Positions 36,187-48,455 of a stretch of 64,000 nucleotides of DNA are shown in pieces (the stretch's first letter is position 1; each line of letters starts with the position of its first letter). The position numbers and the translations under genes were made by a program. The stretch is taken from positions 1 to 64,000 of the forward strand of contig NIVC01000135.1 in the NCBI GenBank assembly GCA_002269645.1, read 5' to 3'. A model generated the notes under the pieces. That model made no database searches. It was not told the DNA's origin and saw only the letters and a program-made list of their open reading frames with translations. The stretch is from Macrostomum lignano (lineage: Eukaryota).

Positions 36187-37099
36187 TGCAGGCAGCTGAG
36201 TTGCTGGGCAGATTTTACAGTCAGCGATCGGCTCTGCTGATGCGAGATGATCCGCGATGGAGCTCAGCTCCTGATGGGGCTCCTGAAATATGGGATTCTG
36301 CCGCCCCCAGAGCTGATAAATACAAGCTGGTTGCCAAGCGCCTGACAAACCACCCATCGCCGCTCTTTCTCCACTGTACACGGCTGTTTCGCAGTGCCCA
36401 GTTATGGTGCAGCGGCTCGGAAGCTATTGGTTCCAGGATTGGTCTAGTGATGGCTGTTTGGCCTGGGGCTGTCTTCCCATCTCTTCAACAACTGCTGTAC
36501 GCTCATGTCGAATCTTAGTTGTCTAGATTTTTACCCCTAACCCCTCCGCCTCCCGCCTTCTTTGGCTCTCTTGTCTCCATTAAATGATTGGCTAGCAACA
36601 GCATGGCAACAAGCAGCATTCCCTGTGCGAGAAAAGTGTGGACTAAGGCAGAAAGATACGACTGAGAGTTGACGACGCCTCTTGGCGTTTATTAGATCAG
36701 CATTCAGGCTGTCTGGCTTGGGGCAGCTTCCTATGTGTTTATCAACTGCTGGGTGCTCATGTCGAGTCTTTATGGTTGGGTGGCTTGGTCTTCTCCTGCT
36801 CCACCTCTTCGCCTCCCACCTACCCTGTCTCTTTTGCTTCTATTAAACTACCGGCTATCAACAGCTAGAATAGCAACAAGCAGCATTTCTTGGGCGAATG
36901 TGCTTAGTTAACAATTGCTTGAAATATTTTCAGCTTAATTTGATGGGCAAAGAATATTATTTAGAACTCAATTCCAAAAAAATTTACAAGAAAAAGACGC
37001 AAAGCTTAAAAGTAAATTTAATTGTCATTTAGGGTCAGATGGCACGCCGCACCTCGAGCGAGCGTTCCAAATGTTAAAGAAGTCAGCCTTCAATCTAGT

Positions 37100-37260
37100 A
37101 ATTCTCCTTATTGCACGGCAGCTGCGGTGCGAGCTTCTGGAGTCCGCAAATTTGGGCCATCCGGGCATTGTAGGACCAAACAGCAGCTTCGCGAATTCAC
37201 CTGTTGGCCAAGCATGGACGCCTACATTGAAACGTTCGTCAGAGATACTCTGATGTCCCC
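37100..37260 (+). mobile_element. Gypsy integrase zinc-binding domain remnant (also ~45990-46150 and ~54590-54750)
   Basis: Frameshifted ELLESANLGHPGIVG / TKQQLREFTCWPSMDAYIETFVRD resembles the HxGHPGIxxTKxxxRxxxWWPxMxxDIxxFVxxC motif. Confidence 0.8.
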
Positions 37261-38307
37261 GCGACCCTGGGTCCCGCGTCCCTTTGTGGTTTGCCCACAA
37301 TCCTTTATCATGGCTTTTGAATATGGATAAAAAACAATGGATAAGACTTCAACCTATTGGTAGGGCCCTTCTAAACTTTAACCTTAGTCCAAGGCCGGTT
37401 CCGCTGGCAGATCCCAACCGGAGTTCTTGAAACCAATAAGGTGCCCTCGAAAAACCTGATGGCCCTGCCGGTGGATCAAAGTTAACCGCTAGCTCTGAAC
37501 CGAATCGGGCAGCTCGAATGGCTCAAACGCACTGACATCGCCCAAGAACCCCTCTGCAAACAAGCTGGCACAGATTGGCGCCACAGTCCACAGTTAAGCC
37601 TCAGAAGTGCAGATTTCAAGCAGAGAAACTGACTAACGGTCACCGTTGTTGTATTCATGTTTGAATAAAAAGTTGCTGAATATGCAGTGCATATATAAAT
37701 TGTTCTACTGAACAGAATAAAAAGAAAAAACTATGAGGAAGGTACAGGGTCTCGGGTACGAAATTAAGCGCAAATGTATTTTTTTAAGTACGTTGACGCA
37801 TGTCTTAAGGCTGTAGCAGTAGGTATGGCATCTGTGGTATCTGTTTTGAGCAAGTTCGAAATGTAAGCTTAATTATGGGGTAATAGAACGCATTAAAAAC
37901 AGAATTCCAATTAATTTTATCCCCCTAAGGGACTTAGCTAGTCAATATGATACTAAACTATTTTTGTAATATCCCTTAATTCGTTTATTGCTATCGAATG
38001 CTGTAAAATAATGCAAACGAGCGTACTAAAACTTAATTATAAAGAGCTAAAACTCATTTCCACCTGATCAACTAAGAAAGCAATTTGTGGATGAAACTGA
38101 CAGCCTTCGCGAGTGCTGCACTCTAGAATAAGGAGCACAAGAATTAACAACAAACAAAAGATTGACATACTGGTGGTACAAATTCAAAGCTGCATACGCA
38201 AAGTAAGATATTTTAGTTTAAATTATCAGATAACTTGTTCACAAACAGGTGTCATATTATTAGAATGGTCGCTGAATAGGCTTTGCTGGTGCCGCATATA
38301 TTCTAAA

Positions 38308-38575
38308 GGGTTTTAGCCTAGTGTTTAGTGACTCGCGACAGAAAGGTCGGAGGTTCGAAGTTCGAACCCCTCGAAACAACTTGTGCCCTTAAGCAAGACA
38401 CTTAACTCTGCACTACTTTAGTTCACCCAGCTGTAAAATGGGTGCCAACATTTGCTGGGGTAATTGAGGGTGTGGCGACCCCCCCCCCCCGTCCTTGGAC
38501 TAAACAGCCGTACGCAGCCTTCAGATGTACCGCGCAATAGGTGCGGCTGAGCTTCGGTTGCGACAAATTACTGTA
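38308..38575 (+). mobile_element. tRNA-derived CORE-SINE, unit 1
   Basis: A-box tagcctagtgtttag and B-box gttcgaaccc, then gtgcccttaagcaagacacttaactc...cagctgtaaaatggg, matching the MIR/CORE domain (gtgaccttgggcaagttacttaac...catctgtaaaatggg). Confidence 0.8.
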
Positions 38576-39299
38576 GACTGATGCATGCGGTGTTTTTCAC
38601 TTGACCCGTTATCAAGTACAAATTCCTTGATATGTGATGCCGCATGACGTAGGCACATGTAAGACTCTGAAGTCAATTATAATTAGCTGCAAACCTTACA
38701 ACCAAGTTGAGCTTGTCTTGACTCCAAGGAAACCCAACTTGCGTGAACTATAATTGGAATATTGACGATTGAATTCGTCAAATTGGGTGCCTTAGAAGAC
38801 TCCATATAAACTCAAAATAAATGCACAAAAAGAGTGAAAGACAATGCAAGCGGTTGCCATAGCGACTATATAGAGGGCAGGCTGCGACCAGAAGAACAGA
38901 GGATCTCAGCGATGTCATGCGAGTGTATCTCAGAACATCAAATTTGTCTCATTGGCAGCAAAGGCTAAATAAGAATGACTTGAGTAGAACGCAAAGAGGT
39001 TGTGAACTTAAGCGCGATTTGGAAGCCGTGAGTCCAGCAACCAAACCGCTGCGAAATTCTCACTATTCAGACCCAAAATAGACAAGAAAAGTGTAATTAA
39101 TCTTTCTTCCACCCCGGCCGCTTCCGCATGGGATAAATGGGGAAAATTGGGGATTTCATGTGAACTTAAGGCTCTGAAATGGAAGCGGTGGCCGATTGAC
39201 CCAAAATTGACCCAAATTGCAAAATAACAATTCAATAACAATATAGAAACTAATGCAGTCAATTTACAACAAAATACACGCAAAGATGCTCACACTACA

Positions 39300-39844
39300 C
39301 AGCACTGATCTAGGGACTTTACCAGCACTGATCTAGGGACTCTACCAGCACTGATCTAGGGACTCTACTAGCACTGATCTGGGGACTCTACTAGCACTGA
39401 TCTGGGGACTCTACTAGCACTGATCTAGGGACTCTACTATCACTGATTTAGGGACTCTACCAGCACTGATCTAGGGACTCTACTAGCACTGATCTGGGGA
39501 CTCTACTAGCACTGATCTAGGGACTCTACTAGCACTGATATAGGAACTCTACCAGCACTGATCTAGGGACTTTACCAGCACTGATCTAGGGACTCTACTA
39601 GCACTGATCTAGGGACTCTACTAGCACTGATCTGGGGACTCTACTAGCACTGATCTAGGGACTCTACTAGCACTGATATAGGGACTACTAGCACTGATCT
39701 AGGGACTCTACCAGCACTGATTTAGGGACTCTACTAGCACTGATCTATGAACTCTACTAGCACTGATCTAGGGACTCTACTAGCACTGATATAGGGACTC
39801 TACTAGCACTGATCTAGGGACTCTACTAGCACTGATTTAGGGAC
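39300..39844 (+). repeat. 23-bp minisatellite, unit 2
   Basis: Same unit and variant order as the 3' part of 31505-32193. Confidence 0.96.
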
Positions 39845-39845
39845 T

Positions 39846-40995
39846 TGTAGTTTACGACCTTCTTTGCCTTCACGCTATTCTCTGACTAGGCGCTTTAGCC
39901 CTCTGTCCAACGTGCACTAGCACTGGCCCCGTCAACGTAACACGTCTGTATCCGCACGTCGGCAGTGAGTCTATATATATAGCTCAAATATGCAGTCCAC
40001 GAGACCAGGTTTTTCGCCACACACAAGCGCACTACAATTGCATCGCAAGCAAGCCTCCCACACCGCCCCCATTGAACTTGCGCGAGGAGCCCCATGCGGC
40101 ACATACAAAGTGGAGCAAGTGTTGGCTCAGTTCCGCAGCTGTTCGCCGCGGCCGCTGACATCTCTGACAAGAGGCGACTTCGCCAACTCCTTCTATACAC
40201 AGCGAGCGAGGACCTACAGGCCATTGCAGCCGGTATCGCCGAAGCCGGTGATGACGTCGACAAGCTCATCAAGGCTCTCAATGAGCACTTCATCAGCCAG
40301 CTCAACTTGCCCTTCACCCGCTACCAGTTCCGTCTGTGCATCCAGCAAACCGGAGAGTCCCTGGACGACTGGATGCGGCGGCTCAGCGACACCGCGGACT
40401 GCTGCAAATTTGAAGGCCTCCGGGACTTGCTGATCCGCGACCAGCTGATTTCCGGCTGCAGCTCCGAGCAGCTCCGCAGGAAGCTGCTGGCCATGGACAA
40501 CGTGGACCTGGGCCAGGCGGTCCGGGTGGCCAGGGCCATGGAGGCAGCTGAGGCGCAGGCCAGCCTCATGGAGACCAGCGCAGCGACCGTGCAACGGCTG
40601 TGGAAGCGCGAGTTCAGGCCATGCGCCTCAGGGACGCCAGCACCAGCTCAATCAATCAGTTGGGATCGTCTTTAATATGATTGAACAATGCTACATTCTC
40701 CAGCGAGCAAACATGCATGTATAGTGACTGATAAAGCAGACCTCAATGACTACCCAAGTATATTTCAAGGATAACAAGTTGGCAATAAAATCTCTATAAC
40801 TGCGCGGCAATGGCCTCCTGTTCTCCGGTTGCTCAGGCTTCTTCTCAAACTCGCGCGTCGACATCGCGCGTCGACATGTGTGATGCTTCTTCCGCGGACG
40901 TACGCGATATCGTAGTCGAAAGCGGCCAGTTGGATCGCCCACCGCGTGATTCTCGCCGACGGGACATTCCGGATCTCCGTGGCTAGGCTGGAGGA
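39846..40995 (+). mobile_element. Gypsy LTR plus truncated gag (+) and inverted RNase H fragment (-), unit 2
   Basis: Duplicate of 32195-33345 (offset 7651); identical 193-aa gag ORF at 40094. Confidence 0.85.
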
Positions 40996-41745
40996 CAAAG
41001 ATGAACAGTGGAGCACAGAGATGAGTACAGTGGAGCACAGAGATGAGTACAGTGGAGCACAGAGATGATTACAGTGGAGCACAGAGATGAGTTCAGTGGA
41101 GCACAGAGATAAACAGTGGAGCACAGAGATAAACAGTGGAGCACTGAGATGAGTTCAGTGGAGCACAGAGATGAGTACAGTGGAGCACAGAGATACACAG
41201 TGGAGCACAGAGATGAGTACAGTGGAGCACTGAGATGAGTACAGTGGAATACAGAGATGAGTACAATGGAACACAGAGATGAGTACAATGGAACACAGAG
41301 ATGAGTACACTGGAACACAGAGATGAGTACAATGGAACACAGAGATGAGTACACTGGAACACAGAGATGAGTACAGTGGAGCACAGAGATGAGTACAGTG
41401 GAGCACAGAGATGAGTACAGTGGAACACAGAGATGAGTACACTGGAACACAGAGATGAGTACACTGGAACACAAAGATGAGTACACTGGAACACAGAGAT
41501 GAGTACAGTGGAGCACAGAGATGAGTACAGTGGAACACAGAGATGAGTACAGTGGAGCACAAAGATGAGTACACTGGAACACAGAGATGAGTACAGTGGA
41601 GCACAGAGATGAGTACAGTGGAACACAGAGATGAGTACAGTGGAGCACAAAGATGAGTACACTGGAACACAGAGATGAGTACAGTGGAGCACAGAGATGA
41701 GTACAGTGGAACACAGAGATGAGTACAGTGGAACACAGAGATGAG
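40995..41745 (+). repeat. 22-bp minisatellite, unit 2
   Basis: About 34 units; variant order appears the same as in 49605-50355. Confidence 0.96.
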
Positions 41746-43197
41746 CAGTGCAGCGAGATTAAGATGATTGAGAAGTGTAAGAACTTTTACCAAGTGACAT
41801 TGGATATGAAATATAAGTTCTGTTTAATAAGACATACTTTGTTTCTTTATTTTGGCACCCAAGACTTATCTATCAGGCAAAAGTTACTTCAAAGGTTAAA
41901 AAAACATATCGGATTTTGATGCGGCCTCGCTAAGGACATCCTCTCTGCTGATAAAATTAGCTCTATCTTTGATTAGTGCTAACTAACTTAGTGCATCATA
42001 AGTATCATTAGCTTAGTTGGCATTAGTTAGTTGATCATCAATATTTGGATAAGAGTTTCCAACTCTGATGAATTCAGCTGCTTGATCGAGGTTGGATGAG
42101 CAAGTGGAGCTTTTTTACGTCTTATTTAAATGTAACTGCAACCCCGATAGGAGTATTGCTTATGATAGTATTGATAATAAATGTGATATACCCTGGTCAG
42201 GCTCGTTTGAAGAGGAAAACTGCCTCTTGAGCCTTAGCGTGCGACGTCAGAGCCATAGGCTCAGCAAATTCTGCAAATTAGAAATAGCATTTTATAGCTG
42301 GCAACATTCAGATTCGCATTAGTTTTGGATATTCCGCCAGTTTTATCCTTTGCAAACAAGTTTCTGGCCTTGAGGGCTCTTAACGAATCTAAATAGCTTC
42401 CAGGAGGCTCGCGCCAAACAACAGTGGATGCATGAGGTGTGAAATCAAACAGGATTAATGGACTTGCATTATCTTCTGTTTGCAAAAATGTTTTCTCATT
42501 TTCCTGAGTATGCACGGATACGAACTCAGGCAAGCACTTAAAAGGGATACCTTCTCATCGTGAGGCATGAAATCCCCAACTTCATGTGGGCTGCGCGGGG
42601 ACTCGAACCCCAGATATAAATGCAGGCTGCTAAGCTCGTCTTCCAAACAAGCAGAGTGCCAGAGGAACTACTAAGTCCAGGATTTTTCTCGTGATGATAG
42701 ATCACGAGCTGTCTGCACAAAAATAGTGATAGAAAGCACAAGCGGTTGCCATAGCGACTTTGTAGTGGGCAGGCTGAGACCAGAAAGAAGGGAGGATCTC
42801 AGCGGTGGGATGCGAGTGTAATTTAGGAGTCAGGACACAAAATTTGTCTCACTGCCATGAGATAGAAGTAAGCATGCATAGAGACATGATTAGCTGTGTG
42901 GTGCCTCGAGACTGACGGCTCAAATTTAGCGCGAAAGGCGAGAGGGCGGTCAGGGGGTGCATGGATCAGTGAGAAGAGGAGTTGAAGAATCCTACTCAAC
43001 CGCGACTGCATAAACAATTTCAAAATTTCTGTTTCAATTTAGCACTGCAACTCTGTACTATTTCAATGTATCAGTTCATGACTTTCACGACAGTGGGCTT
43101 CACGTAGTCTCAATGCTCTGCAAAATATCATATGCCAAAAGACGTCGAAAACTTTGCCAAACACCAGGCACTGGCTCGTCTCATAGCTCAATGACGT

Positions 43198-45072
43198 TCA
43201 GGTGAGCATGAGAATCTCCAGCTGTTTGAAGCTGTAGTACCTTCCATCAGTGATGTTTGTAGGGGCATTGCGATACCAAAAGATGCCTTTGGCCCGGTCT
43301 GCAGCTGACACATTCAGGGCTGTTGGGTAGTTGAAGTACCTGCCGAACGGACCGGAGTTGTGGCAGCATGCGTGCCAGTGAGGCTGCTCGTATTGCACTG
43401 CACAGTTACTAAAACAAACACTCAATCCGCGATCTCGAGTGACAAACTGCCTGTTCAATCCTTGAATCAGGCCGTCATCAAGGCCTCCAGCCGGTGCATA
43501 GGTGAAGGCAGAAATCGTGTAGTTGGTGCTCTCGGCCAGAATGAGCACGTTCAGGTAGTAGGCGTAGATGTAGGCGTCGTTCCAGTACAGCAGGTCGACG
43601 CGGAACCGGTTGCTGGGCTGAGCGCTGGTCCGATTGTGCAGCCACTCCAGGCCTGGCGTTATGAAATTCGCAGGTAATGAAATTGCATGTTGGTTCTCAA
43701 CAATTGAACTAAATAAACAAGCCAGCGCACAGAGAAAGAAATCACTAGAGAGGGCCCCTTTTTAAAATTCCAATAGCAAATAACAAGCGGAACTTTCTGC
43801 AACTAGAAGAGACAATATTTCATATATGTGCCAGACCATTGGGGGTTTGGTTGATTGCCATGGCTCCAATTTATCACTTTTGTCACATCCAATTTGACTC
43901 CAACATCGAGTACTAGCATGTAGAATTGAAAGTTCCGCCTCACCAGCAAAGTAGTTGCCGTGATAAGTGCCGAAGCCGGTCTTGTACTCGGCCCAGAGCC
44001 GGTCGAAGCTCAGCGCGTCCGACACTCGCAGGTTGACGGTCTCGAAGCACTGCTGAGTGCCCACAGTGTAGAACTCCTGCGTTTGAAGTTTGACGTGCAA
44101 TGTAAAGAAAAGAGTCTACTGTGGTAGCCCTGATCAAGCACTGCTTTCCCAACACTCACATAGACGGCCAGCTCAGAGCTGTTTGGAGGCTGCTCGAACC
44201 AGCGGCACAGCGGGTAGTCGGTGAGCAGAGAGCAGTTGCTGGAGTTGAACACAATCCCACGACAGGCCGGCACCTCGCTGCACTTGTCAACGCAGCGAAC
44301 GAGCGATGAGACAGCCGGCTGGTGCTGAAGAAAGGCGGCGATGATCTTCACCGAGTTGCTGGGAATGTGGACCCGCTTGTGCGTCACGTTCCGATCCACC
44401 AGGTACGCTGTGAAATATGGATTTTGGGGATGGATTTGATGGGCAATAATGTGAGAAAAGCTAGCATCAGCGTTGAAACTGGCTGGATTGCATCAACCTT
44501 TCCATGCTTATAAGCATTCTAGAACCCATCGCTTAAACAGACCACAGGTGTAAGACTAGGTTTTCATCGAAAAACTCACCGAGTAGGCGTGCGGCGTCGG
44601 TGCCTCTGAGCAGCTGCTGCTCAAAGTCGCCAGCCTTCCAGATCTGTACACCGTACTCAGGCCGAATCTCCCTGGCAACAAAGCTGCTGCTGCTCAAGCC
44701 CGGCTCGCTCGCATTGTTGATGACGAGCACCTGGCATTCGAGGATCGCGGCTTCCTTAACGACTGCGACAGCGCAGAACGTTGCCCAGCACTTCCACAGG
44801 CAGAGAACATCTGATCGAACACCCGTCTCGTTGAGCAGCTCGCTGCTCACGTAGCTTCCGATGCCGATGAAGCCGCTGCTCACCCGATGGTAGAAGCCTC
44901 CGGTGACGGCGCTTGGGTCTGCGGCGGAGACCACAGCTGAAAGGGGGGTGAGTGAGCAGTGAGTGAGTAGAGTCTCTCCATCAAGGTAGCACCATTTTCA
45001 TGCAGACTCACCCGTGAGCAGCTGGCACAGAAGCAGCTGCAGCGGCTCGGACCGCTTGGCTGTCAGCTTCAT
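43198..45072 (-). CDS. Secreted fibrinogen-related protein: signal peptide + 2 PAN/apple-like domains + FBG domain, copy 2 (417 aa, intact)
   Basis: Exons 45072-45012, 44936-44580, 44407-44160, 44076-43944, 43652-43198 (1254 nt, GT-AG, phases consistent). Signal-like MKLTAKRSEPLQLLLCQLLTAVVSA; PAN-like CLWKCWATFC...ECQV and SLVRCVDKCSEVPACRGIVFNSSNCSLL; FBG motifs FDRLWAEYKTGFG, YFAGLEWLH, FVTRDR, NCA, WHACCHNSGPFG, GIFW, KQLEILML. Confidence 0.88.
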
Positions 45073-47194
45073 TGCAGGCAGCTGAGTTGCTGGGCAGATT
45101 TTACAGTCAGCGATCGGCTCTGCTGATGCGAGATGATCCGCGATGGAGCTCAGCTCCTGATGGGGCTCCTGAAATATGGGATTCTGCCGCCCCCAGAGCT
45201 GATAAATACAAGCTGGTTGCCAAGCGCCTGACAAACCACCCATCGCCGCTCTTTCTCCACTGTACACGGCTGTTTCGCAGTGCCCAGTTATGGTGCAGCG
45301 GCTCGGAAGCTATTGGTTCCAGGATTGGTCTAGTGATGGCTGTTTGGCCTGGGGCTGTCTTCCCATCTCTTCAACAACTGCTGTACGCTCATGTCGAATC
45401 TTAGTTGTCTAGATTTTTACCCCTAACCCCTCCGCCTCCCGCCTTCTTTGGCTCTCTTGTCTCCATTAAATGATTGGCTAGCAACAGCATGGCAACAAGC
45501 AGCATTCCCTGTGCGAGAAAAGTGTGGACTAAGGCAGAAAGATACGACTGAGAGTTGACGACGCCTCTTGGCGTTTATTAGATCAGCATTCAGGCTGTCT
45601 GGCTTGGGGCAGCTTCCTATGTGTTTATCAACTGCTGGGTGCTCATGTCGAGTCTTTATGGTTGGGTGGCTTGGTCTTCTCCTGCTCCACCTCTTCGCCT
45701 CCCACCTACCCTGTCTCTTTTGCTTCTATTAAACTACCGGCTATCAACAGCTAGAATAGCAACAAGCAGCATTTCTTGGGCGAATGTGCTTAGTTAACAA
45801 TTGCTTGAAATATTTTCAGCTTAATTTGATGGGCAAAGAATATTATTTAGAACTCAATTCCAAAAAAATTTACAAGAAAAAGACGCAAAGCTTAAAAGTA
45901 AATTTAATTGTCATTTAGGGTCAGATGGCACGCCGCACCTCGAGCGAGCGTTCCAAATGTTAAAGAAGTCAGCCTTCAATCTAGTAATTCTCCTTATTGC
46001 ACGGCAGCTGCGGTGCGAGCTTCTGGAGTCCGCAAATTTGGGCCATCCGGGCATTGTAGGACCAAACAGCAGCTTCGCGAATTCACCTGTTGGCCAAGCA
46101 TGGACGCCTACATTGAAACGTTCGTCAGAGATACTCTGATGTCCCCGCGACCCTGGGTCCCGCGTCCCTTTGTGGTTTGCCCACAATCCTTTATCATGGC
46201 TTTTGAATATGGATAAAAAACAATGGATAAGACTTCAACCTATTGGTAGGGCCCTTCTAAACTTTAACCTTAGTCCAAGGCCGGTTCCGCTGGCAGATCC
46301 CAACCGGAGTTCTTGAAACCAATAAGGTGCCCTCGAAAAACCTGATGGCCCTGCCGGTGGATCAAAGTTAACCGCTAGCTCTGAACCGAATCGGGCAGCT
46401 CGAATGGCTCAAACGCACTGACATCGCCCAAGAACCCCTCTGCAAACAAGCTGGCACAGATTGGCGCCACAGTCCACAGTTCAGCCTCAGAAGTGCAGAT
46501 TTCAAGCAGAGAAACTGACTAACGGTCACCGTTGTTGTATTCATGTTTGAATAAAAAGTTGCTGAATATGCAGTGCATATATAAATTGTTCTACTGAACG
46601 GAATAAAAAGAAAAAACTATGAGGAAGGTACAGGGTCTCGGGTACGAAATTAAGCGTAAATGTATTTTTTTTAAGTACGTTGACGCATGTCTTAAGGCTG
46701 TAGCAGTAGGTATGGCATCTGTGGTATCTGTTTTGAGCAAGTTCGAAATGTAAGCTTAATTATGGGGTAATAGAACGCATTAAAAACAGAATTCCAATTA
46801 ATTTTATCCCCCTAAGGGACTTAGCTAGTCAATATGATACTAAACTATTTTTGTAATATCCCTTAATTCGTTTATTGCTATCGAATGCTGTAAAATAATG
46901 CAAACGAGCGTACTAAAACTTAATTATAAAGAGCTAAAATTCATTTCCACCTGATCAACTAAGAAAGCAATTTGTGGATGAAACTGACAGCCTTCGCGAG
47001 TGCTGCACTCTAGAATAAGGAGCACAAGAATTAACAACAAACAAAAGATTGACATACTGGTGGTACAAATTCAAAGCTGCATACGCAAAGTAAGATATTT
47101 TAGTTTAAATTATCAGATAACTTGTTCACAAACAGGTGTCATATTATTAGAATGGTCGCTGAATAGGCTTTGCTGGTGCCGCATATATTCTAAA

Positions 47195-47462
47195 GGGTTT
47201 TAGCCTAGTGTTTAGTGACTCGCGACAGAAAGGTCGGAGGTTCGAAGTTCGAACCCCTCGAAACAACTTGTGCCCTTAAGCAAGACACTTAACTCTGCAC
47301 TACTTTAGTTCACCCAGCTGTAAAATGGGTGCCAACATTTGCTGGGGTAATTGAGGGTGTGGCGACCCCCCCCCCCGTCCTTGGACTAAACAGCCGTACG
47401 CAGCCTTCAGATGTACCGCGCAATAGGTGCGGCTGAGCTTCGGTTGCGACAAATTACTGTAG
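47195..47462 (+). mobile_element. tRNA-derived CORE-SINE, unit 2
   Basis: Duplicate of 38308-38575. Confidence 0.8.
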
Positions 47463-48186
47463 ACTGATGCATGCGGTGTTTTTCACTTGACCCGTTATCA
47501 AGTACAAATTCCTTGATATGTGATGCCGCATGACGTAGGCACATGTAAGACTCTGAAGTCAATTATAATTAGCTGCAAACCTTACAACCAAGTTGAGCTT
47601 GTCTTGACTCCAAGGAAACCCAACTTGCGTGAACTATAATTGGAATATTGACGATTGAATTCGTCAAATTGGGTGCCTTAGAAGACTCCATATAAACTCA
47701 AAATAAATGCACAAAAAGAGTGAAAGACAATGCAAGCGGTTGCCATAGCGACTATATAGAGGGCAGGCTGCGACCAGAAGAACAGAGGATCTCAGCAATG
47801 TCATGCGAGTGTATCTCAGAACATCAAATTTGTCTCATTGGCAGCAAAGGCTAAATAAGAATGACTTGAGTAGAACGCAAAGAGGTTGTGAACTTAAGCG
47901 CGATTTGGAAGCCGTGAGTCCAGCAACCAAACCGCTGCGAAATTCTCACTATTCAGACCCAAAATAGACAAGAAAAGTGTAATTAATCTTTCTTCCACCC
48001 CGGCCGCTTCCGCATGGGATAAATGGGGAAAATTGGGGATTTCATGTGAACTTAAGGCTCTGAAATGGAAGCGGTGGCCGATTGACCCAAAATTGACCCA
48101 AATTGCAAAATAACAATTCAATAACAATATAGAAACTAATGCAGTCAATTTACAACAAAATACACGCAAAGATGCTCACACTACAC

Positions 48187-48454
48187 AGCACTGATCTAGG
48201 GACTCTACTAGCACTGATCTAGGGACTCTACTAGCACTGATCTGGGGACTCTACTAGCACTGATCTAGGGACTCTACTAGCACTGATATAGGGACTACTA
48301 GCACTGATCTAGGGACTCTACCAGCACTGATTTAGGGACTCTACTAGCACTGATCTATGAACTCTACTAGCACTGATCTAGGGACTCTACTAGCACTGAT
48401 ATAGGGACTCTACTAGCACTGATCTAGGGACTCTACTAGCACTGATTTAGGGAC
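48187..48454 (+). repeat. 23-bp minisatellite, unit 3 (contracted)
   Basis: Same unit, about 12 copies. Confidence 0.95.
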
Positions 48455-48455
48455 T

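Noticed and set aside
36187-36381. Upstream in-frame extension (MGGLSGAW...) of lectin exon 1
   Set aside because: The upstream ATG is lost in copy 4, the extension would bury the signal peptide, and a TATA-like tatttat lies inside it. MKLTAK is the more plausible start.
34474-36518. Plus-strand ORFs overlapping the lectin genes (e.g. 34474, 35235, 35714, 36186 and their duplicates)
   Set aside because: They are antisense shadows of GC3-rich coding exons, with no recognisable domain or splice support.
38308-38375. tRNA genes at A/B-box motifs (also ~31200-31255 and ~42600)
   Set aside because: No cloverleaf can be folded. The boxes lead into SINE body sequence (CORE domain at 38.4 kb), and the 42.6-kb one has only a B-box.
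38930-38975. aaatttgtctca resembling the U7 snRNA Sm site, or the module being an SL RNA
   Set aside because: There is no histone-downstream-element complement upstream and only a weak 3' hairpin. No SL-like exon/GT donor layout is recognisable, and the motif is absent from the 28.2-kb copy.
41750-42690. Short ORFs in the unique block of units 2 and 3 (42092+, 42261-, 42538-)
   Set aside because: No recognisable motif, AT-rich codon usage and no splice context; the block cannot be assigned.
42745-42840. SECIS-like hairpin in the region 3' of the lectin genes
   Set aside because: It lacks the AUGA/GA quartet with apical AA, and the genes have no in-frame UGA.
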